This document shows positions 20,424 through 28,296 of a stretch of DNA of 64,000 bases, piece by piece. The DNA comes from Cyanophora paradoxa CCMP329 (Eukaryota; Plantae; Glaucophyta). Numbering within the stretch: the first letter of the stretch is position 1; each line of letters begins with the position of its first letter. Made by a program: the position numbers and the translations under genes. Location: contig QPMI01000533.1 in the NCBI GenBank assembly GCA_004431415.1, forward strand, positions 310,001 through 374,000. The letters are read 5' to 3'. The notes beneath the pieces were generated by a model, which was not told the origin of the DNA, did no database searches, and saw only the letters and a list, made by a program, of their open reading frames with translations.

Positions 20424-21251
20424 ATGTCCGTTGCTGTCCCTCTGTTCACCTACGCTGCCAGCGTGAATCACAAGGGCGATCACACGATCAAGGAAACCAC
20501 CCTCGGGGATCAGGCCACCGAGACCCCCTACAACGCCACGGCCGTCCCCTTCACCGAGGCCGACCTGGTGCGAGTGGGCGAGCTGCGCTGCGATAAGATG
20601 CGCACGCGGGAGGGTGGGCCGGCCGTGCCGGGGCGCGTGAAGACGCAGAGGCTCACCGTCACGAACGGGTCCTGGGATGGGACGGGTCACACTACGAACA
20701 CCATAACTCATAACCCCGATGCGGACGGAGAGGGGAACTCTGCACTTTACGTGCATACAGGGGGCGCAAACGTGGTAGGGGGGCTCAGGGTCAACGGGAC
20801 CGTCACGGTGGTTTCTGGGCACCTTCGAGTCGCTTTGCACCCTTTCTTCTGCGCGGCCATGATAGCGGATTTCACACCAGCGAGCGGCAGAATCCTGGGC
20901 GTTTGGCAGAATTCTGCAAACTCGGGTGCATGGGACGGAAGCACGGGGCTGTTCACCAGCCCCGTGACTGGGTACTACCGGTTTACGTTCACCGGAATCG
21001 CAGATTGGATCGGGGGAGTTCGGACAACCGTACAGCTGTACGTGAACGGATCGGCGCACGCCAACCCTCTAATCAGCGCGCACACAGATGGGGACCCGGA
21101 CGCGCCACAGAAATACAGACATATAGGATTCAATGCTATCGTCTACATGGTCGCCGGATGGACCGCGAACCTGCACCTGGCGATCGGGAAATTGTATGGA
21201 TCGTCCAAGGGGTACACATTCTTCACAGGCGAGCTTGTACAGGCCACCTAA
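20424..21251 (+). CDS. C1q-domain protein (putative spike/adhesin)
   Basis: AWDGSTGLFTSPVTGYYRFTF..VQLYVNG..YTFFTGELV follows the C1q consensus. Confidence 0.85.
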   Translation: MSVAVPLFTYAASVNHKGDHTIKETTLGDQATETPYNATAVPFTEADLVRVGELRCDKMRTREGGPAVPGRVKTQRLTVTNGSWDGTGHTTNTITHNPDADGEGNSALYVHTGGANVVGGLRVNGTVTVVSGHLRVALHPFFCAAMIADFTPASGRILGVWQNSANSGAWDGSTGLFTSPVTGYYRFTFTGIADWIGGVRTTVQLYVNGSAHANPLISAHTDGDPDAPQKYRHIGFNAIVYMVAGWTANLHLAIGKLYGSSKGYTFFTGELVQAT

Positions 21252-21258
21252 GAGCGTC

Positions 21259-23136
21259 TCATCGCACAAAGGCTAAAATGCCCCCGTTGGCATTCTTGAA
21301 ACCAGTGTGGGGGGAGATCGCACTTCCGTTTTCGCCCCAGAGAACTTGGGCGGAGTCATGGCTCGAGGAAGTCGTGATCCACGGATCTTCGGGAGATGCA
21401 CTGCTGGTGCGGAACAATACATTTGCGTACGTGTTAGCATTCGGGCTCCCAAAATTAGCGGACGATCCCGATACGAGAACAGACCTTCCCGGCAGCTCGG
21501 AAGGATAAACCACTTCGGATAGGGGGAAGTACATGTAGTAGGTTCCATTCCCAGTTCGGAAGAGGATGTCGGACACAGCGGGACCGGCCTGTAGCGTGTA
21601 GTTTCGCCAGTAGGTCCCAACTTCGCCGGTGGTGCTGTAGGTGCTGTTACTCGCGAAGGAGAGGCCAGACCAGCTGACTTTTCCTGTATCAAACGTCGAA
21701 AAGCCACCGGAAGCAGGCTGTGCTGCAAACGACATCCAACCGCCCCCGCCGATGGTCATGTTGCAGTAGATGTCCTGAAGGGTGCCGTTTGCCAGGCGGA
21801 ATTTGTACGTCCCGTCGCCAAGGGTCGTGTTCACGGCCTTCAGCTGCGTGGCGTTCTGCGAGTAGCACGTGATTGCAGAGGACGACGAGGCGGGGCCCTC
21901 CTCGCCCACGATGTTGACGGCCTTGACCATATAGCTGTACTCGGTGATGAAGAGGGTCACGCTGTCGGTGAAAGGGCTCGAAACGTTGTGTCCGACTTTC
22001 GTGCTCCCCCTGTAGACGTTGTAAGACGTGGCCGTGCCGGTGGCCGGGGCCGTCCAGGTGACGGTGACATTGGGCGAGGCCGCAGAGGGCTGCGCGGTTG
22101 ATATGGTTGCAGGCGCGGCGGGGTCTGTGGTGACGTACGTCGCAATACTCTTCGGTCCCTCCCCTCCCGAGTTCGTCGCGGAGACCTGGTACTCGTACCC
22201 CGTACCCCAGATCGTGGTCGCGTCGCTATAGGAGTTGGTCGCGGAGTCTGCGAGGTAGGCCCCGTCCCTGTAGATCTTGTACCCCGTCGCCCCCGTTGGC
22301 GCCGTCCAGCTGAGGCTGACGGGCTGCTCTATGTCGTCGGGCGCAGTCGCCGTCACGTTCGTGGGCGCGTTCGGCGTCGTCCAGACCGGGAGCGGATCGG
22401 ACTTTTCGTATTCGACCCCGCCCACGATGCCGGCCACCTGGTAGGAGTACTCCGTACCCCACGCAAGGGCAGTGCTATCGTCGATGTACGAGGTAGCTAG
22501 GGCGCTGCTTGCGAATCCGATAGGGGTGCCGTCTCTGTAAATTCGAATCGAGTCCGCGCCCTCCATGGCCACCCAGTTGATTGTGACGACGATGGCGGGT
22601 ATCGGGAAGCCGGAAGACGCGGGGCCGCCCCCGGCAATAAAATCGCCGTAGGTCTGGGCCGTGGCGGTTGTGAGCGTGGTGTACGCCTCGATCTGAGGGT
22701 TGAAGCCGCTCAGGCCTTGGAAGAGAATGTAATTGCTTGTAGTGCCCTCGTGCGTGTAGAGAAGCGACTGTGCGTAGGTTGTGGGTGGGGCTTTGCCATC
22801 GGAGCCCGTGCTGCTGCTGCCCTGCTCGCGAACCGCGGCCACCCGGTAGAGACGTAGCTCGCCAAAATTAAAGGGCGTGTCCGTGTACGTGAGCGTGGGG
22901 GCGTTCACAGTGTTCACCAGCGTCCAGGTGCCATTGAGGCTCGTCGCCCTGTACACCTTGTACTTGACGGCGTTGGTGACAGCACCCCAGTTCAGTCGAA
23001 ATCCGTAGGTACCGCCCCCGTTGTTGAGCACGGAGCCCGATCGCACCTGGGGCCTGCCCACAGTGAGCGAGATCGGCTCCACGCCGTACTGCGGAGCCTG
23101 CACCACCTGCTTTCTCACGAAAACGAAGCGGGGCAT
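21259..23136 (-). CDS. Fibronectin type III repeat protein with fibrinogen-like C-terminal domain (625 aa)
   Basis: About four FN3 units (LSWTAP..YKIYRDG..YSD..YEYQVSATN..EG) and DGTYKF..DIYCNMTIGGGGW. Confidence 0.88.
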   Translation of the reverse strand: MPRFVFVRKQVVQAPQYGVEPISLTVGRPQVRSGSVLNNGGGTYGFRLNWGAVTNAVKYKVYRATSLNGTWTLVNTVNAPTLTYTDTPFNFGELRLYRVAAVREQGSSSTGSDGKAPPTTYAQSLLYTHEGTTSNYILFQGLSGFNPQIEAYTTLTTATAQTYGDFIAGGGPASSGFPIPAIVVTINWVAMEGADSIRIYRDGTPIGFASSALATSYIDDSTALAWGTEYSYQVAGIVGGVEYEKSDPLPVWTTPNAPTNVTATAPDDIEQPVSLSWTAPTGATGYKIYRDGAYLADSATNSYSDATTIWGTGYEYQVSATNSGGEGPKSIATYVTTDPAAPATISTAQPSAASPNVTVTWTAPATGTATSYNVYRGSTKVGHNVSSPFTDSVTLFITEYSYMVKAVNIVGEEGPASSSSAITCYSQNATQLKAVNTTLGDGTYKFRLANGTLQDIYCNMTIGGGGWMSFAAQPASGGFSTFDTGKVSWSGLSFASNSTYSTTGEVGTYWRNYTLQAGPAVSDILFRTGNGTYYMYFPLSEVVYPSELPGRSVLVSGSSANFGSPNANTYANVLFRTSSASPEDPWITTSSSHDSAQVLWGENGSAISPHTGFKNANGGILAFVR

Positions 23137-23175
23137 TTTCCTCTACGGTCCGAAAAAATATCTGCGCCGGGGTAA

Positions 23176-23853
23176 ATGACTTCCAACTGGTACCAGACCC
23201 TCAACGCCCTGGACGCCGGCAACAACACCAAGGATTTCGCGCGCATCCCCTCCGGCAGTTACGTCGACGTCTTCCTGCAGAATCCCGTCGTGATTCAAGC
23301 CGTTCAGAACGCCTACGCCACGCCCAAGATCTACTCCTACCAGCTCTTCTTCGACCCGTCCACTCTCAGCGCAGAGGTCATTGAGCTGCTCCACGAATCC
23401 GGCCTCGTGAAAAGGGTGGCGCCCGCCACGGCCACGGCCAACGTCCTGCGCTGTCTCGAGGTTAAGTTCAGGGAGACGGGGTACGGCCCCACCGTGAACC
23501 AGCACACGGATACCAACCTGCCGGGTACGGGTGCATTTACTGCGCGGGGTACGCTCAAGGGCGACGTGCTCTTCACGAAATTCAACCCGAGTCCCGCGAC
23601 CCTGGGGGCCCTCTACACGGGCGGCAATCCGCGCGCTTCCGGGCTACCCCGCTTCCCCTTCACCTTCTTCAAGTTCCAGGTCTTCCCCCTGCCCTACGCC
23701 GCCGACCAGCCCCACTTCAGCACGGGCGCCAGCCTCTGCGCGGAGCTGCGCGAGTGCTCGATTTCCTACAGGCACACCACCGGCTCCGACGCCGTGCAGC
23801 CCGCCGCCCGCCTCTCGGGCATCGGCAACGACATCGCCCTCTTCTACGGATAA
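23176..23853 (+). CDS. Uncharacterised viral protein, paralog A
   Basis: 225 aa; colinear similarity to the next ORF. Confidence 0.75.
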   Translation: MTSNWYQTLNALDAGNNTKDFARIPSGSYVDVFLQNPVVIQAVQNAYATPKIYSYQLFFDPSTLSAEVIELLHESGLVKRVAPATATANVLRCLEVKFRETGYGPTVNQHTDTNLPGTGAFTARGTLKGDVLFTKFNPSPATLGALYTGGNPRASGLPRFPFTFFKFQVFPLPYAADQPHFSTGASLCAELRECSISYRHTTGSDAVQPAARLSGIGNDIALFYG

Positions 23854-23876
23854 TCTTTCTCATCCGAGGTCGCAAA

Positions 23877-24662
23877 ATGCCTTCCACCTCCGGCACCATC
23901 GTGAAGACCGTGCTGCCCACCCCCGATTTCTATGGCGATGCCGTTGCGGCGGCCAACGCCGGGACGGATTCCGTGGTCTGGGACGGCAGCTACGCCTCCA
24001 TGCTGACCGTGAAGATCCAGAATCCGATCATGCTGCGCGTCACCTCCAACGATTTCGAGAATCCCGCCTCCTGCTCCGTGTACGTGTACTTTGACATCGA
24101 CTCGGGCGTGAGCGCGGACGAGGCGGAGGCCCTCTGGCTCTCCGGCCTCCTGAAAAAGATAGAGCCCTCTGTGCCGGATCGGCCCGCGATTCGCGTGCTC
24201 GAGCTCAAGTTCACTGCGAACACCGCCCTCACCCGCACCTTTAACGGCGGCTCCAAGACCCACATAGACGGCGCTGCCATTGACGCCACGCACAAGACCA
24301 CACAGGCAGTCCCCTTCGAAATGTACAATCTCTGGAAGATGACCGCAAAGGAAATGATGACCAACGCAACCACAGGCGGCTCGTCAGGTACTGCCTCTGC
24401 TTTCGACTCCTCGAATCCCCGTACCCAAGTCTGGCCCCGGCTCCTCTTCACGAAATTCACTTTCCGTCTGTTCAACAACATCGCCGGAATGCCTACCTCT
24501 GGAATGGTCGTGGGCTCTACTCTCATGGCTGAGCTGATCGAGGCGGAGGCTGACTACACGACTGCCACCACCAACCTTGCCAACGGCACCGCTACGAACT
24601 ACGTGGCCTGGAGCACGATTGACCGCGAGTACGACACTAAGATTCACACCACTAGCGTCTAG
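23877..24662 (+). CDS. Uncharacterised viral protein, paralog B
   Basis: 261 aa; QNP..D..SA..L..SGL.K...P..LE.KF..NPR..PR..FT.F.F..SL.AEL.E shared with paralog A. Confidence 0.75.
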   Translation: MPSTSGTIVKTVLPTPDFYGDAVAAANAGTDSVVWDGSYASMLTVKIQNPIMLRVTSNDFENPASCSVYVYFDIDSGVSADEAEALWLSGLLKKIEPSVPDRPAIRVLELKFTANTALTRTFNGGSKTHIDGAAIDATHKTTQAVPFEMYNLWKMTAKEMMTNATTGGSSGTASAFDSSNPRTQVWPRLLFTKFTFRLFNNIAGMPTSGMVVGSTLMAELIEAEADYTTATTNLANGTATNYVAWSTIDREYDTKIHTTSV

Positions 24663-25017
24663 ACTGGCTAAGCTGCACTAGTGCCTGCGCCGCCTCCATC
24701 ATCTCCGCAATCTCCTCGCTCTTCTCCTGTAAATTGGCGTACCCCCTCCTCTTCTTTCGAATCTCCGACATCGATGCCCAGCGCAGGTTCTCCCTCCTGT
24801 AGTCCAGCGGGTTGCCGTTGATGTGTTCCACGTAGCGTCCACGTGGCGACTTCCCGAGGATCAGCTGGGAGAGGTAGTGCTTGCGTCCTCCAAACGTCTT
24901 GCTCACCCTGTCCCTGTCCACTCTCCAGGGAAACTCCAAGGCACTCGGGGGTACGTCCGAGTTGACCAGGACGTTGTAGGCGACGTCTTGCGAGTCGGTG
25001 CACCGGAGCAGGGCCAT
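24652..25017 (-). CDS. HNH endonuclease-like protein (degenerate motif)
   Basis: YLSQLIL..VEHINGNPLDYRRENLRW versus the phage HNH consensus VDHINGN.LDNRR.NLR. Confidence 0.78.
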   Translation of the reverse strand: MALLRCTDSQDVAYNVLVNSDVPPSALEFPWRVDRDRVSKTFGGRKHYLSQLILGKSPRGRYVEHINGNPLDYRRENLRWASMSEIRKKRRGYANLQEKSEEIAEMMEAAQALVQLSQSRR

Positions 25018-25040
25018 TTTGCCCTAGGTTCGGAAAAACC

Positions 25041-25094
25041 TGGGACTTGGGACTTGGGACTTGGGACTTGGGACTTGGGACTTGGGACTTGGGA
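25041..25094 (+). repeat. (TGGGACT)x7.7 heptamer array
   Basis: Perfect tandem repeat read directly. Confidence 0.97.
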
Positions 25095-25519
25095 AGAGTT
25101 GAAACCCAGGTCCCGGCCCAGACTTTCTCCAGGATCAGAAATTTGTCAGACAAGTCAGGTGAGTTTTTCTACCGACTTTTTTACTCCTACCACCCCTCAT
25201 ACTCTTTTTTACTCGTAGTCTTTTTTACTCGTATCCCATCTCGTACCCTCCTTCTCTCGACATCTCGCACGAAAACTCCTACCCCTCTTCACATCCTTTT
25301 TCGGTTGCATACTCTCGTGAGCTTTCATGTCCAGTATCATGCTACAAGTCGTACACCAGTTCAGACTCTACCTCGCTTGAAATCTCACCTGGAATGTCAC
25401 CAGAAACGTCGTATCCAGAATTCCGTACCCCTTTCTAAGTCTGCCCGGTGGTTAGGGACTTGGTGCAGCAAACTCTCAGATCCGGAGAAAGTCTGGGCCC
25501 AGACCCTGAGTCTAACTCT

Positions 25520-25615
25520 TCCCAAGTCCCAAGTCCCAAGTCCCAAGTCCCAAGTCCCAAGTCCCAAGTCCCAAGTCCCAAGTCCCAAGTCCCAAGTCCC
25601 AAGTCCCAAGTCCCA
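25520..25615 (-). repeat. (TGGGACT)x13.7 heptamer array, inverted relative to the first
   Basis: (TCCCAAG)n on the + strand. Confidence 0.97.
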
Positions 25616-25688
25616 GGATCGCGCCAAGTCGTAACTGAATAGTCGGCCAATTTTTACAAGTATGTACAGTGGAATGACGCAATACTAT

Positions 25689-26741
25689 TTACAGCATCTC
25701 AAAATCAGAGTCATCATCGGAAACCAAGTCAATCGGTGCATCGGGCGCGGACTTAAGGGGAATGCGGGGAAGGGCCTGCGCTGCCTGCACTAAGTCCTGC
25801 CGCTCCTGCTCGCGCTGCGCCGCCAAGGCCGCTGCCGCCTCTGCCTCGCGCCGCTGCTGAGCCTCGACGCGCGCCCTAAGTTCCGCTGCCTCCTTCTTCT
25901 TGCGCTCGGCAATCTTGGCCAGCGTCATCTCGCGACGAAGAAGGCGCTCGTGACGCAACTTGCGCCGGAGTTCGGCCATTTCGCGCTTGGCGATGATGCG
26001 CTTCTCAATGGTCTTGACGTGCTGAGTCAGGCGCTCGGTGTAGTGTGACGTCACGCGAGAACGGGCAATGCCAGCGCCGATCTTCAAGTCTTTTTCGTGT
26101 TCCTTGGCGGGATTCTTGACTCGCTCGGAGTTGTCGGTGAATGACGTGGTCTCCATGAACTTCTTCTTGACGATTGACTTGGTCTTGATAATGCGGCGCT
26201 TGCGAGTCGGGTTTTCGTTGTCGCCTTCAGAGTCGGAAGAGGACTCAGAGTCGTATTGAATCGGCACGTCAAAGTCGATAAAGTCGTTGATGTCAGACTC
26301 GGCGTCAGAGGCCTCGGACTCGGCGTCATCGGCGGGCTCAGGGGCGGGCTCGGCGACGGGCTGAGGGGCAGATGACGACGATGACGGAGGGGGGAAATTC
26401 GTGAAGACTTGAGGGGGATAGGCCCAGGCGAGCGTCTCGGCGGCAGACTCGGCGAAAAGCTTGGGGTCGCCCCAGCCAGTGGGAGTCTTGACCCAGCCGG
26501 GGACGGGGGGCACGTCGACGGGCTCGGGCTTGGGCTCGGGCTTGGGTTGCTTGGACTTGGGCAGAAGGGAGGATACAAAGTTGAGGTTGATGGTATGGAA
26601 GCCTTCTCCGCTGTGAGCTTGGTAGAGGTACCCCAGCTTGCGGGCACGCTTCTCCATTTCACGGGTAGGCCAATCGCGGGACTTAGCCCACATCTCACGG
26701 GCCTTGGCAAGGTCCTCGACAAGCTCAGAGGGAATCGACAT
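25689..26741 (-). CDS. Hypothetical viral protein (350 aa; Pro-rich, acidic, coiled-coil)
   Basis: Long ORF; ATG 26741 directly follows an intron-like segment. Confidence 0.7.
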   Translation of the reverse strand: MSIPSELVEDLAKAREMWAKSRDWPTREMEKRARKLGYLYQAHSGEGFHTINLNFVSSLLPKSKQPKPEPKPEPVDVPPVPGWVKTPTGWGDPKLFAESAAETLAWAYPPQVFTNFPPPSSSSSAPQPVAEPAPEPADDAESEASDAESDINDFIDFDVPIQYDSESSSDSEGDNENPTRKRRIIKTKSIVKKKFMETTSFTDNSERVKNPAKEHEKDLKIGAGIARSRVTSHYTERLTQHVKTIEKRIIAKREMAELRRKLRHERLLRREMTLAKIAERKKKEAAELRARVEAQQRREAEAAAALAAQREQERQDLVQAAQALPRIPLKSAPDAPIDLVSDDDSDFEML

Positions 26742-27081
26742 CTGCGCAAAGGGAAGAGAGATCAGCAAAGGCAAAACGTGAGGTGACTGAGAGAGCGGAC
26801 TTGTGAAAATTCGGAGAGGCGGGGATTCCTTGGGCTGAGAGAAGGCGGCGAACCCGTTTCAAGAGTGAGCCAAAATGGCGGCGGACCGCGGTTTTGTGGG
26901 CGATTTTTTTCGCGGTCTAGTTCGCAACGGAAAACGTTGCCAACTGGCCTGAAAAAAGCCAAATTTAGCGTTGGGCCGAAGGCAGAAAAAGGGAGCCGGC
27001 CTGACGGAAATCGCCCGAGTGCGTCCGCCGAAGGTCGAGTCTCGGGCCGGGGGTACACCCTCAGGGGCCCCCCCTGGCCCC

Positions 27082-27552
27082 TCACCCTGGTAGTGCCCTC
27101 TCAAAGGGATTTTCGAAGCCGTACAATTCTTGGTAAGTCTCGTAATCCGGGCTGTACCCCCTCACAATCTGCGGGAGCCCCATTGAAAGCCTCCGTCTAT
27201 CCTCTCTCAATTCCCTGCGGAAAAGTCTACGGTCTTCTCGAGCTTCGCGCGTCACGCCAGCTGGGCGTGGTCTATGATTGTTAGGGTTGTCGTAGCCTGG
27301 CCCCACCAGCCTCACGAAATTTTCGCGTATGGCCTCGGGGAGACTCTGGAAACGGTTCGTCGTGTGGAACGCAATCCATTCATTGAATCGGCGCGGATAT
27401 TGACGGATGACTTCAAGCACGCCCTGTAAGTTGGGCTCTGGTGTTACGTCGGGGATGTCATGTCCCGTGAGGTGCCAACGCCAGAACTCGCGCAACCTCT
27501 CGAATGCCATATGCAACTCAAAGGGAAAATCGTAATAGAGATTGCCTGACAT
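27082..27552 (-). CDS. Hypothetical viral protein (156 aa)
   Basis: ATG 27552 preceded by the AAATTTTCG motif. Confidence 0.6.
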   Translation of the reverse strand: MSGNLYYDFPFELHMAFERLREFWRWHLTGHDIPDVTPEPNLQGVLEVIRQYPRRFNEWIAFHTTNRFQSLPEAIRENFVRLVGPGYDNPNNHRPRPAGVTREAREDRRLFRRELREDRRRLSMGLPQIVRGYSPDYETYQELYGFENPFERALPG

Positions 27553-27609
27553 TTTTCTCCCCGTCCGAAAATTTCCCCGCTTTTGAGTCCAGACTCTGAT
27601 TCCAACTCT

Positions 27610-27663
27610 TCCCAAGTCCCAAGTCCCAAGTCCCAAGTCCCAAGTCCCAAGTCCCAAGTCCCA
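27610..27663 (-). repeat. (TGGGACT)x7.7 heptamer array, third copy
   Basis: (TCCCAAG)n with the same AACTCTT...TCCCAGG flanks. Confidence 0.97.
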
Positions 27664-28296
27664 GGTCCCATTTTTCTCCCATTTCAGCCCGAGATTTTGC
27701 CCAAGTCCAAATCCGGACCCGGGATTCGAACCCTCGTTTTCGATCGATTTCACGCGTGAAAAACGCACTTTTCGGCCTTTTCGCATTTATTTTCTCTACC
27801 CCGGCCCAAAATGGACCCCCTCCCCGAAATCGCGATCGAAAATGGTCGCGATCGTCTCGTTTTCGCGATCGTCGTGATCGGAATCGTCATCGCGATCGTC
27901 GCGATCATGGTGATCACCAGCCTCGTCTACGGTACCCCCCAGCTGTGACCCGGAGGTTATAAGAACCTCCGCAATCCAAGCGTCACTTCCGAGTCTCGAG
28001 CTCTCGGAGTTGACTTTTCGCGTTTGGCCCATTGTTGGCCCTCATATATATATATCATATTCCGATTTCGAAGTTCGGTCTGATCATGACAGATATCGAT
28101 GGAAGAACAGCCAATACAAATCGGATCGGGAAGCTCAGCCGGCCGTGTCTCCGAAGTGTCCGCTTGCGTCTTAAGTAATTGGGTATAGCTTAGTGTATAT
28201 GTGTTTGTAGAAACCCGTCGACGTCACATGTAGAAACTAAAGCACCTGCGCCGGCGATCGCTTGATGAGATGGCGGAGGGTAACAGCGGCGTTTCA

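Larger units (their letters stand above)
1687..27971. mobile_element. Endogenous small Nucleocytoviricota-related virus (Mriyavirus/Yaravirus-like); right boundary approximate, left part outside window
   Basis: About 30 tightly packed, essentially intron-free ORFs including MCP, A32 ATPase, VLTF3, RuvC, two HUH and penton. Abrupt switch to intron-rich host-like DNA after ~28.0 kb. Confidence 0.88.

Noticed and set aside
25041-27663. Heptamer arrays as CRISPR, or as coding PKSQVPS/GLGTWDL repeats
   Set aside because: No spacers and no cas genes. The ORFs crossing them arise because the repeat lacks stop codons.
1687-27971. Classification as Polinton/Maverick or virophage
   Set aside because: No pPolB, rve integrase or Ulp1-like protease is seen, the MCP is NCLDV-type, and VLTF3/RuvC/HUH are present. 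The left arm is unseen, so this is not fully excluded.
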